Counted from the first letter of the stretch, positions 25,101-32,682 are shown. The stretch is DNA of 50,807 nucleotides from Chloroflexota bacterium (GCA_003250155.1 QKHE01000006.1:1-50807), one strand, 5' to 3'. Program-made: numbers and translations. Notes: generated from the sequence alone by a model not told the origin.

Positions 25101-27482
25101 ACTGCGGGTCGCCGCGTAGAGCCGTGCAGCCGGCCGGTCGATCGCGACGGCCACGACGCCCGGCCAATCGGCACTGGCCGCGAGCTCGCGGGACTGGAGG
25201 TCGTAGCCGAGGACCTCGCTGCCGGTCGCGATCCACAGCCGGTCGCCCTCCCGCGGCGAGCCGGCCAGGGTGTCGTCGCGCCGCGGTTCGATCGCGGCGT
25301 CGACGACGGCCTTGCCGAGCTGGCTCGTCGCGACGACGCGGTCGTCGGCGAAGGCCACGATGCCGAGCGCCATCGCGTACTTCGCCAGGTGTGGATGGGT
25401 CCACTCGTAGATGTTGTGCGAGATGCCGTACCGCCAGTCCTGGAGGAACTCGGTCGCGGTCCGCGGGTGGTAGACCTCGTCGAAGTGCATCTGGTACGGC
25501 TCGGGCAGCCGCCACAGGCGGACGCTGAGCAGGGCGATCGCCAGGACGACCAAGATCCAGGCATCGAGCTTGTCGAGACGGCCGCCGCGCTCGGCGGCCA
25601 GGGCCGCGCTCCGATCGGCGCGGACCGGGCGATCGCGGAAGCGGGCCACGAACCAGGCCCACGGGCCTTCGCCCCCGGGGCCGGCGTCGGGGTCGTCCCA
25701 GGCGGGCACCAGGCCGGCCCCCGGCGCCGGGCCCTCGCGCACGACCGCGGCGGAGGCTGTTATTGGCGAGGCGGCCAGCGGTGAGGCGGTCAGCGGTGAG
25801 GCGCTCAGCGGCGAGGCGCTCATCGGCGAGCCGGCCAGCGGCGCACGCCATTCGATCGCGGGCGGCCCCGACGGCTCGGCTGCCAAGTCGTCGAATCGTT
25901 CAGGCTCCGGAACGTCGGCGCTCGTCGCGACCTCGTCGGCCAACTGCTCGTCGGCGCCGCCGCGGAGCTGCACGAACGCCCAGGCGAAGACGGCCGTCGC
26001 GGCGGCGGCGACGGCAGCGACGCCCCAGTACGAGGTGAGCGTCGAGCCGATGCCCAGCCAATCGTCGATCCCGGGGTTGTCGGGGTAGAGCGTCGTCAGG
26101 ACCGCGTACATGTTCGCGAACACCGCGCCGCTGCCGACGAGGTACGCGATCCGCCAGCGCAACGATGCGCCGGCGACGATGGCCGCGATGGCGACGAACG
26201 GGAACAGGTAGCGCTCGTGCACCCGGGTCGGCAGCACGAAGAATGCGAGGCTGAGCACGATCAGCCCGACGAGGATCGTCCGGCGGTCCGGCCGCCGCCA
26301 GACGAGGGCCGCGACGATCGCGATCGCCGCGAGGAGCAGCAGCGCGCCGACGGCCAGCGCCGGCAGGGCGCCGATCATGACCCCCGGGTCGCCGACGCAG
26401 CGGCCGTCCGGCGGGATGCCCGGCACGTGCCACAGGTCGATGTCGCCGATCCGGATGACGAACGGCTCGGACGGCACCGCCGTCGAGTCGCAGACCCACT
26501 GGCGGTTGACCGCGATGCCGTTGACGCTCCCGTCGAGCTGCGTCTGGCCGACGAGTGCCCACGGGTTGTAGGCGTTGACCGACACGTACGGGTAGCCCGA
26601 GGCCGTGGAGAAGATCTGGTTGACGAGCCCCTCGATCCCGAGCCCGAACGGGAGCGACAGGATGATCGCGGTCAGCAGCCCCGCGGCGCCGGTGGTCAGG
26701 ATCCGGATCGGACCTCGGAGGCGCGCCTCGAGGCGAGTTCGACCGTACGTGGCCGGATCGGGGTCGTCCTCGCCGTATGCCCCCCGGGGCCGGAGCGCCC
26801 GCCGGATCGCGACGATGGCGACGATCGGGATGAGGATGCCGAGCTGGGGCTTGATGAGCGCGGCGAGCATCGCCAGGATCGCCGCCCGCTCGAGGCGGTC
26901 GCGCCACAGCTCCCGCACGGCCAGCAGCAACGGGATCAGCCCCACCGAATCGACCTGGCCCCAGATCGTGCTGTCGAACCAGGTCACCGGGTTGAGGACG
27001 ACGAGCAGGGCGCCGATCCGGGCCGCGCGCTCGCCAGCGCCCAGCTCGCGCGCCATGGACCAGACGAGGTACCCGAGGACGAGGTCGGCCAGGATCGGCG
27101 GGACCTTGATGAGGTCGCCGGGGCCGGCCAACCCGAAGAGGTTCGCGACCGTCCCGACTGCCCACAGGACGTACAGGTAGCCGGGCGTGTAGTCGTGGAA
27201 GAACGGCCGCTCGTAGAAGCCGTACAGTCCCTCGTCCGCCAGGTTCTTGGCCCAGAACTGGAACGAGCTGATGTCGACCCCGAACCCGGAGCCCGGCAGG
27301 AGATATGCAATGATGAGCCGGAGGGCGAGCCCGACGGCCAGGAGGATCAGGATGCCCCGCAAGGCGTCCGCCGCCTCGGTCCGCGACGGAGCCCCCGTGC
27401 CCGGGTCGGGCTCACCGACTGCGGGACCTGTCAAGACGCGAACGATCTCCTGCGAGCGGTGAGGTGGCTGGGAGCGTAGCAC
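22155..27482 (-). CDS. A 1775-aa polytopic membrane protein with two GT-C glycosyltransferase modules. The N-terminal module is ALG6/DUF2029-like. The C-terminal module is PMT/GT39-like and is interrupted by a soluble repeat domain of about 330 aa.
   Basis: The frame is uninterrupted and protein-like throughout. N-module motifs: FFHDYTPGYLYVLW, WGQVDSVGL. The linker has SPxxA repeats. PMT motifs: HFDEVYHPRTATEFL...THPHLAKYAMALG, then FAWRLPGVIAGILMALFLYVLARLLF, DGMLFAQSRIGMNDAY. The C-terminal region SSPWWAWPFDLKPVWFY is PMT_4TMC-like. The GTG start at 27482 is uncertain because it overlaps the divergent gene start. Confidence 0.8.
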   Translation of the reverse strand: MLRSQPPHRSQEIVRVLTGPAVGEPDPGTGAPSRTEAADALRGILILLAVGLALRLIIAYLLPGSGFGVDISSFQFWAKNLADEGLYGFYERPFFHDYTPGYLYVLWAVGTVANLFGLAGPGDLIKVPPILADLVLGYLVWSMARELGAGERAARIGALLVVLNPVTWFDSTIWGQVDSVGLIPLLLAVRELWRDRLERAAILAMLAALIKPQLGILIPIVAIVAIRRALRPRGAYGEDDPDPATYGRTRLEARLRGPIRILTTGAAGLLTAIILSLPFGLGIEGLVNQIFSTASGYPYVSVNAYNPWALVGQTQLDGSVNGIAVNRQWVCDSTAVPSEPFVIRIGDIDLWHVPGIPPDGRCVGDPGVMIGALPALAVGALLLLAAIAIVAALVWRRPDRRTILVGLIVLSLAFFVLPTRVHERYLFPFVAIAAIVAGASLRWRIAYLVGSGAVFANMYAVLTTLYPDNPGIDDWLGIGSTLTSYWGVAAVAAAATAVFAWAFVQLRGGADEQLADEVATSADVPEPERFDDLAAEPSGPPAIEWRAPLAGSPMSASPLSASPLTASPLAASPITASAAVVREGPAPGAGLVPAWDDPDAGPGGEGPWAWFVARFRDRPVRADRSAALAAERGGRLDKLDAWILVVLAIALLSVRLWRLPEPYQMHFDEVYHPRTATEFLQDWRYGISHNIYEWTHPHLAKYAMALGIVAFADDRVVATSQLGKAVVDAAIEPRRDDTLAGSPREGDRLWIATGSEVLGYDLQSRELAASADWPGVVAVAIDRPAARLYAATRSGQVLEAELGPVDDVRGQGLAPLGLHPLLDLDGTVERLFVTDDGSRLAAVLATDGGSADLQEIVTVDLGAAEVVGRAQLSGVGQLTDGGQGRIAVATAEGLAFIDPETGTIADVVGVGGPATGAVSTSGLSDDPIYVPYMTADGPRLAVVVAKPDEDPRIDTTLPLPGDRAGRAYFDEASRMVHVEGSRPDDPTTPTVYVVEPHGNAVYADAALPFEPAAIVMDDNERYPSSDRQQLLAFDAGGGVAAVPIGRHAFAWRLPGVIAGILMALFLYVLARLLFHRRSVAILVGILALLDGMLFAQSRIGMNDAYVGLGIVAAYTIFAALWLRPGRGGRGWLAFAVGMLAVGLLLGLALASKWVAAYAIGGLGILALSRSALGRLLAILGMIVATTVLGYLAISVPAGESGGNYLFLAIMVALTLAGVVANVSHPIAWTVEEQRFATFAAPVAGGLALLAGAARGDPLAPLTLGPVSVTPIELAILGFVLGAAVHTAFVVTGRLGFGPMAPPPQADDPGAILDPPAPAPHGWLRLGSGLGLPAVWLAVCLVAIPLAVYVASYIPWAFVENHQLVQGWPAGHTGQTLIDLTRDMYNYHNRLSSAHPASSPWWAWPFDLKPVWFYEEGFAGGTAGAIYDAGNLVAWWLAVPAMAFAAWQAFKRRSAALALVAIAFAFQWIAWARIDRAAFQYHYYTALPFLFLALAYFLAELWHGPSRRTWILARVAAAVAVVGPFLLWLLHRPLCAAVRVTDVNPSSQACPTVIPEIPVAPGALALAIVLGIGLLLLVREMLALADEADAAALEDGALASAGVRARLRTTILIGGGVVAAIAFVTNFVDGGELMNIPNVPVEPIAMVVLLALTPLAAYVATARDSRRFVVGAMVAIGFWFVLWYPNISGLPLPTNLHNAYQGFLPTYLYPFQFPVSTVDRSVDGPPLFDIGPAIMLLSIGFTALVVGYSTWSWRVALAERRLERAAGPPGLPAGPE
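25761..25835. repeat. Five tandem copies of a 15-bp unit, which encode an SPxxA pentapeptide repeat linker within the 1775-aa GT-C ORF.
   Basis: The units are attggcgaggcggcc, agcggtgaggcggtc, agcggtgaggcgctc, agcggcgaggcgctc and atcggcgagccggcc. The minus-strand translation is SPMSA-SPLSA-SPLTA-SPLAA-SPITA. Confidence 0.85.
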
Positions 27483-28930
27483 AGGGCGCCGTGGGCCCCC
27501 GGGCCTCGGCGCTCGTCGCCGAGTGGCTCGAGCGCGTGCCCGCGGTCGTCATCGGAGCGGCCCTCATCGCGGTCGCCCTGGCGGCCTTCTGGCTGCCCGG
27601 CTACGACCGCTACTACAACCACTTCGTGTGGCAGGCGGAAGCGTTCCTCCACGGCACGGCCGTCATCGACTGGCCGGTCGACCTGGGCGGCTTTCCGCGT
27701 GGCAACGACTGGATGCAGGACGTCTATCCGCTTCGGGAGCTGACCGGCGACCCCGGCGCGATCGGCGCTCTGCTGCCCTTCCCGCCACTGCCGGCGATCG
27801 TGCTCCTGCCGTTCGTGGCCGCGTGGGGCCTGGCGACCGACATCCGGGCCGTGTCGGTGCTCTGCGGCGCGCTGGGTGTCGGCCTCGCCTGGTGGGCCCT
27901 CGGGCGCCTCGCCCTGTCGCGGCCGATTCGCGTCGCCACGACCATCTTCCTGGCCTTCGGCACCGTGTACTGGTACGCCGCGCAGCTCGGCACGACGTGG
28001 TTCTTCGCTCACGTCGTGGCCATCGACCTGACGCTCCTGGCCGTCGGCCTCGCGCTCGGGGCGGACGCGCGGTCCGACGACCCGGTCGACGAGGCGCCGG
28101 GGGTCGCCCGGCTCGCGGCCGATCTCCGAGCGGCGCTGCGCCGGCCGTCCGAGCTCCTCGACCGCCGGCAGTTCGCCGCCGGGCTCCTGTTCGGCCTTGC
28201 CTGCACGGCGCGCCTGACCGTCGTTTTCGCGGCGCCGTTCTTCATGCTGATCGGCGGCGGCGGCACGTGGGTCCGGCGGTCCTTCTCGGCCGGTCTGGGG
28301 GCGATCATCCCCGTCGGGCTCCTGCTCGGCTACAACCTGCTCACGACCGGATCGCTCATGCATCCCGGCTACGAATACCAGTACCAGCGCGAGGCGAGCG
28401 GCTACACGGCGCTCGGCTATCACCCGGACTGGAGCATCGAGGATCCCCGCTACCTGCCGCAGAACCTCGGGATCATGCTCGCCGCGACCCCGGCGATCCT
28501 GCCGGACTACCTGCCCGGGGCCTTCGGCGACACCGACGACGTCGCCTGCGCGGACCCCGGGGCGACTCGCGGCTTCTTCGATCGAGACTGCCCGATCGCG
28601 ATCCCGCGGGCGATCGGGATGAGCATCCTCCTGACGAGCCCGGCCTATCTGCTCGTGCTTCCGGCGCTGCTCCGGCGCCGCTCCCGCCTCGTCGCCGGCG
28701 CCTGGCTCACCGTGCTCGCCGTGGCGTTCGTCAACCTGATGCATTTCAGCCAGGGCTGGGTCCAGTTCGGCTACCGGTTCGGCAACGACTTCGTCGTCTT
28801 CGGCGCGATCCTCGTCGCGCTCGGCATGGCGCGCCGCGGCGGGGTCGGGCTGGTCGGGCTGGCGCTGGTCGGCGCCTCGGTCGCGGTGAACCTGTGGGGC
28901 GTGATCTGGGGCAACATCCTCGGATGGTGA
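27464..28930 (+). CDS. Polytopic GT-C-fold membrane glycosyltransferase (ArnT/PMT_2-like).
   Basis: About 11-13 TM segments. The architecture is ArnT/PMT_2-like, with a short N-terminal loop (PGYDRYYNHFVWQAEAFLHG) after TM1. It lies in the same operon as the DUF2723 and GT2 genes. The start is uncertain: the GTG at 27464 overlaps the divergent gene, and downstream GTGs at 27491 and 27534 are possible. Confidence 0.6.
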   Translation: MAGSVAQGAVGPRASALVAEWLERVPAVVIGAALIAVALAAFWLPGYDRYYNHFVWQAEAFLHGTAVIDWPVDLGGFPRGNDWMQDVYPLRELTGDPGAIGALLPFPPLPAIVLLPFVAAWGLATDIRAVSVLCGALGVGLAWWALGRLALSRPIRVATTIFLAFGTVYWYAAQLGTTWFFAHVVAIDLTLLAVGLALGADARSDDPVDEAPGVARLAADLRAALRRPSELLDRRQFAAGLLFGLACTARLTVVFAAPFFMLIGGGGTWVRRSFSAGLGAIIPVGLLLGYNLLTTGSLMHPGYEYQYQREASGYTALGYHPDWSIEDPRYLPQNLGIMLAATPAILPDYLPGAFGDTDDVACADPGATRGFFDRDCPIAIPRAIGMSILLTSPAYLLVLPALLRRRSRLVAGAWLTVLAVAFVNLMHFSQGWVQFGYRFGNDFVVFGAILVALGMARRGGVGLVGLALVGASVAVNLWGVIWGNILGW

Positions 28931-30570
28931 CCAGCGCCCAGCCCGCCCCGGCGCGCTCGATCCCGGAGCCATCGCCCACGCCGGAGCGGCGACTCATGGA
29001 CGCCGCCGTTCGCGCCCTGCCCGCGGCGGCGCTGGTCCTGATCGTCGTCGCCAACGCATGGCCGGGCTTGATGCCCGACGTCGGCTTCTGGGATACCGGC
29101 GAGTTCCAGGCCGTGCTGCCCACGCTCGGCACCGCCCATTCGCCCGGCTATCCGACGTACGTGATCCTCGGTTTCCTCGGTTCGATCCTCCTCACGCCGC
29201 TCGGCGAGCCGGCGTTCCGGGTCACGGTGCTGTCGCTGCTGTTCGTCGCCGTAGCGGCGGTTGCCACGATGGCCCTCGTCCGGCGGCTCACGGGCTGGCT
29301 GCCCGTCGGCTTCGCCGCGGGCCTGGGCCTGGCCGTCACGCCGATCGTGTGGCTGAACGCGACGCGCGCCGATCCGCACCCGCTGCACCTGGCCTTCGTC
29401 GTGCTGCTGCTGCTGGTCCTGGTCGGCTGGCAGCAGGATCGGGACGAGCTGGAGTCGGCCGCCGCGGACCGGCGGCTGCTGCTCGCGGCGGCGCTCTTCG
29501 GGCTGGCGGCCGGCAATCACTCGCTGACGCTCCTGCTCGCGCCGGCGATCGCGCTGTTCGTCGCGGTCGTCGAGCCCGGCATCCTCCGCCGGCCGCTGTT
29601 CGTCGCCGGCTGCCTGGCCGTGGCGCTCGGCACGCTCGCGCTCGTCTACCTTGAGCTGCCGATCCGCGCCGGTCTCTGGCGCGCCCCGCTCGTCTACGGC
29701 CGGCCGGACACCTGGGAAGGCTTCTGGTACATCGCCCTCGCGCAGCAGTTCCAGGGCTCCCTCGGCGACCCGCTGGCGGACCTGCCGGCGAAGCTCGAGG
29801 CGATCGTCGAGATCGCCGGCCAGCAGCTCGGCTGGCTGACGCTGCTGCTGCCGCCCGCGGCGCTGGTCGTCGCCCGGCGCGCGCCGGCCTACGCGCTCCT
29901 GACCGGCGTCGCGATGGTCACGACGCTGCTGTTCAACACCTCGTACTCCAACGCCGACATCGAGCGCTACTACCTCGGTCCGGCACTCATGGCCTGGACG
30001 TGGCTCGGGATCCTCGCCGGCGAGGTCGCCAACCTCGCCGCGACGGCCGTCGTCGACGATGACGGCCGGCTGCGGACGTGGCTGGCCCGGCTGGCGCCGG
30101 CGGCGGCGCCGGATCCGATGCGCTGGGAGCGCGCCGGCGTGGCGGCCGCGGTCGTCGCGGGCGCGATCCTGCTCGCACCCGGCCTGGCCGACCTCGGGCC
30201 GCGGGCCGCGGCGGCCGATCGATCGGCCGACACCGCCGCACGGCGCTGGCTCGACGAGGTCCTGCCGATCCTGCCGCAGGACGCCGTGCTCGTCAGCTGG
30301 TGGAGCACCTCGACGCCGCTGTGGTACGCCCAGCGCGTGGAGGCCCAGCGGACCGACCTCTTCGTGGTCGATGATCGCACCATGCTGGACCAGGACCTCG
30401 GACGTGCGCCCGACGTGATCGAGCGCTTCCTCGGGCAGCGGCCGGTCTTCGTCATCCGCCTCGATCGCGACCTGCCGGAGCTCCAGGCACGCTTCCTCAT
30501 GGTGCCCGTCGCGAGCGGCGGCAGCACCGGCGTGTGGCGGGTCGACGGGCGCCTGGAGGGCGGCGGGTGA
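28924..30570 (+). CDS. DUF2723 (TMEM260-like) GT-C family glycosyltransferase.
   Basis: Motif FWDTGEFQAVLPTLGTAHSPGYPTYVILG, which resembles the DUF2723 consensus D.GE....a..lGi.HPPGYP. It is polytopic at the N-terminus with a soluble C-terminal domain. The ATG at 28924 overlaps the upstream gene end. Confidence 0.75.
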   Translation: MVTSAQPAPARSIPEPSPTPERRLMDAAVRALPAAALVLIVVANAWPGLMPDVGFWDTGEFQAVLPTLGTAHSPGYPTYVILGFLGSILLTPLGEPAFRVTVLSLLFVAVAAVATMALVRRLTGWLPVGFAAGLGLAVTPIVWLNATRADPHPLHLAFVVLLLLVLVGWQQDRDELESAAADRRLLLAAALFGLAAGNHSLTLLLAPAIALFVAVVEPGILRRPLFVAGCLAVALGTLALVYLELPIRAGLWRAPLVYGRPDTWEGFWYIALAQQFQGSLGDPLADLPAKLEAIVEIAGQQLGWLTLLLPPAALVVARRAPAYALLTGVAMVTTLLFNTSYSNADIERYYLGPALMAWTWLGILAGEVANLAATAVVDDDGRLRTWLARLAPAAAPDPMRWERAGVAAAVVAGAILLAPGLADLGPRAAAADRSADTAARRWLDEVLPILPQDAVLVSWWSTSTPLWYAQRVEAQRTDLFVVDDRTMLDQDLGRAPDVIERFLGQRPVFVIRLDRDLPELQARFLMVPVASGGSTGVWRVDGRLEGGG

Positions 30571-31361
30571 TGACTGACGCGCGGGACGGCACGGCGGAGG
30601 CTCGGCGCCTGCCGGAGCTGACCTATTTCTTCCCGGCCCACAACGAGGCGGCCAACGTCCGCGGCCTCGTGGAGGAGGCCCTGGCCGAGCTGCCCGCGCT
30701 CGCCGAGCGCTTCGAGATCATCGTCGTCGACGACGGCTCGCGCGACGAGACCCCGGGGATCGCCGACGAGCTCGCGGCGGCGCATCCAGAGGTCCGGGCC
30801 GTGCACCACCCGACGAACCTCGGCTACGGCGCCGCCCTCCGGTCGGGCTTCGCGGCCGGCCGGCTCGCGTATCTCGCGTTCACCGACGGAGATCGCCAGT
30901 TCCAGGTGGCCGACATTCGACGGCTCATCGACGGCCTGCTCCTGCCGGGCGACGCGGCGCACCCGCCCGACGTCGTCGCCGGCTATCGCATCAAGCGCGC
31001 CGATCCGCTCGTTCGAACGATCTACGCCCGGATGTACCGGCTCGCCAACCGGATCTTCTTCGGCCTCCGGGTGCGCGACATCGACTGTGCCTGCAAGCTG
31101 TTCCGCCGGGAGGCGCTGGAAGGCATCCACGTCGAGTCCGGGGGCGCGTTCTTCTCGGCCGAGCTGCTGATCAAGCTGGAGGCCGCCGGCCGCCGGATCA
31201 GCGAGGTCGGCGTGCCGCACTACCCGCGGACGGCGGGCCGGCCAACCGGCGCCAAGCCGCAGGTGATCCTTCGCGCGGTACGCGACTTCTGGGCGCTCCG
31301 GCTGCGCCTCTGGGCGTCGCCCCGGCGGGCGCTCCGACGCGGCTCGTCGATCCTCGGCTGA
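30570..31361 (+). CDS. GT2 polyprenyl-phosphate sugar synthase (Ppm1/DPM1/GtrB-like, for example polyprenol-phosphate mannose synthase).
   Basis: The ATG at 30570 overlaps the upstream stop (TGATG). Motifs seen: FFPAHNEAANV, FEIIVVDDGSRDET, NLGYGAALRSGF, FTDGDRQF, IDCACKLFRREAL. Confidence 0.85.
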   Translation: MTDARDGTAEARRLPELTYFFPAHNEAANVRGLVEEALAELPALAERFEIIVVDDGSRDETPGIADELAAAHPEVRAVHHPTNLGYGAALRSGFAAGRLAYLAFTDGDRQFQVADIRRLIDGLLLPGDAAHPPDVVAGYRIKRADPLVRTIYARMYRLANRIFFGLRVRDIDCACKLFRREALEGIHVESGGAFFSAELLIKLEAAGRRISEVGVPHYPRTAGRPTGAKPQVILRAVRDFWALRLRLWASPRRALRRGSSILG

Positions 31362-31373
31362 GGAACCCTCAGC
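31357..31373. terminator. Short hairpin spanning both stop codons of the convergent GT2 and BFN genes; a weak bidirectional terminator candidate.
   Basis: GCTGAGG-AAC-CCTCAGC, a 7-bp perfect stem with a 3-nt loop. It contains the TGA at 31359-31361 and the TCA at 31369-31371. There is no U-tract, so it may not function as an intrinsic terminator. Confidence 0.25.
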
Positions 31374-31953
31374 TGCGGCGGCCGCCGCTCTCGCCGCCGG
31401 CCCCGGGATCGAGCTCCAGTGAGTTCACGAAGTCGCGGAACATATCCAGCCGCGGGTCGGACGTCTCGCCGCCGACCGACTCGAGGGGCACGCGTCGCCC
31501 GGGCTCGCCGCCCTCCTCGTCGTCCTCGTCGTCGCCCGCGTCCGGGTCCATCCCGAGCGCCGCCTGATCGAGGACCTCCTCGGCGGCCAGGATCGGGACC
31601 TCGACCCGCACCGCCAGCGCCAGCGCGTCCGATGGCCGCGCGTCGACCTCGACGTCCTGCCCGTCGCGCTGCAGGTGGATCTGGGCGTGGTACGTCTCGT
31701 CCGAAAGCTCCGAGATGACGACCCGCGCGACGCGGACATCGAGCTGCTCGAGCGCCGCCGCCAGCAGGTCGTGGGTCAGCGGCCGCTCGGCCGTCACGCC
31801 CTGCAGGCGCATCGCGATCGCGCTGGCCTCCCACGGCCCGATCCAGATCGGCAGGTAGCGATCGCCCTCGGGGTCCTTGAGGATCACGACGTGGCGGTTC
31901 GACAGCATGTGCACCCGCACGCTCTCGATGACCATCTCGACGAGTCGGCCCAT
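31369..31953 (-). CDS. Bifunctional nuclease (BFN / DUF151) domain protein with an acidic C-terminal tail.
   Basis: MGRLVEMVIESVRVHMLSNRHVVILKDPEGDRYLPIWIGPWEASAIAMRLQG...RPLTHDL...ARPSDALALAVR matches the DUF151 pattern. The 404-aa ORF in the track is an upstream shadow extension that overlaps the rhomboid gene. Confidence 0.8.
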   Translation of the reverse strand: MGRLVEMVIESVRVHMLSNRHVVILKDPEGDRYLPIWIGPWEASAIAMRLQGVTAERPLTHDLLAAALEQLDVRVARVVISELSDETYHAQIHLQRDGQDVEVDARPSDALALAVRVEVPILAAEEVLDQAALGMDPDAGDDEDDEEGGEPGRRVPLESVGGETSDPRLDMFRDFVNSLELDPGAGGESGGRRS

Positions 31954-31961
31954 GGTCCCGA

Positions 31962-32678
31962 TTATCCCATCGCCCGGGATCGCCGGCCGCCGCCGCTGGC
32001 GCGGAGGCGGAGCAGCAGGCCGACCGCGAGGCCCATGGCGAACCCGCCGATGTGGGCGAAGAAGGCCACGTCGCCCTGCGCCGTCCGGGCGTCGAGCGAG
32101 GCGACGCCGCTCACCAGCTGGAGGACGAACCAGAAGCCGAGCACGATCAGCGCCGGCACCTCGGCCAGCTGGTAGAAGAAGCCGAGGAACACGATCGAGA
32201 CGACGCGGGCGCCCGGGTACAGCACGAGATATGCCCCCAGGGCGGCCGCGATCGCGCCCGACGCACCGACCAGTGGCACGTCCGACCCCGGGGCGATGGC
32301 GACCTGGGCGAGCGCGGCCACGACCCCGCCGGCGAGGTAGAACAGCAGGAACGGCAGGCGCCCCAGGCGATCCTCGACGTTGTTGCCGAAGATCCACAGG
32401 TACAGCATGTTGCCCAGCAGGTGCAGCCAGCCGCCGTGCAGGAACACGCTGGTGACGAGGCCGGCGATTGCCTGGGAGGTCCAGGCGCCGGCGTCGATCG
32501 CGTCGGTCACGCGGCTCGGGACGGCGCCCCACTCCCGGAAGAAGGCTTCCAGCGCCGCGTCGCCGCCCTGGGCGCCGATCCACAGCTCGCCGGCGAAGAC
32601 CGCGAAGCAGGCGAGGATGAGCGCGCGCGTGACGATCGGCGTGCGGCGCGTTGGATTGCGGTCCCCGAGGGGGATCAT
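31962..32678 (-). CDS. Rhomboid-family intramembrane serine protease
   Basis: Motifs seen: FLHGGWLHLLGNMLYLWIFGNNVEDRLG, the catalytic Ser block GASGAIAAALGAY, and the His block FFAHIGGFAMG. Confidence 0.9.
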   Translation of the reverse strand: MIPLGDRNPTRRTPIVTRALILACFAVFAGELWIGAQGGDAALEAFFREWGAVPSRVTDAIDAGAWTSQAIAGLVTSVFLHGGWLHLLGNMLYLWIFGNNVEDRLGRLPFLLFYLAGGVVAALAQVAIAPGSDVPLVGASGAIAAALGAYLVLYPGARVVSIVFLGFFYQLAEVPALIVLGFWFVLQLVSGVASLDARTAQGDVAFFAHIGGFAMGLAVGLLLRLRASGGGRRSRAMG

Positions 32679-32682
32679 GCGC

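Noticed and set aside
22155-27482. The possibility that the 1775-aa ORF is really two adjacent genes (two separate GT-C enzymes).
   Set aside because: No stop codon occurs in the frame across the junction (about 25500-25950), and the linker is in frame. I kept it as one CDS but flagged that read-level validation is needed.
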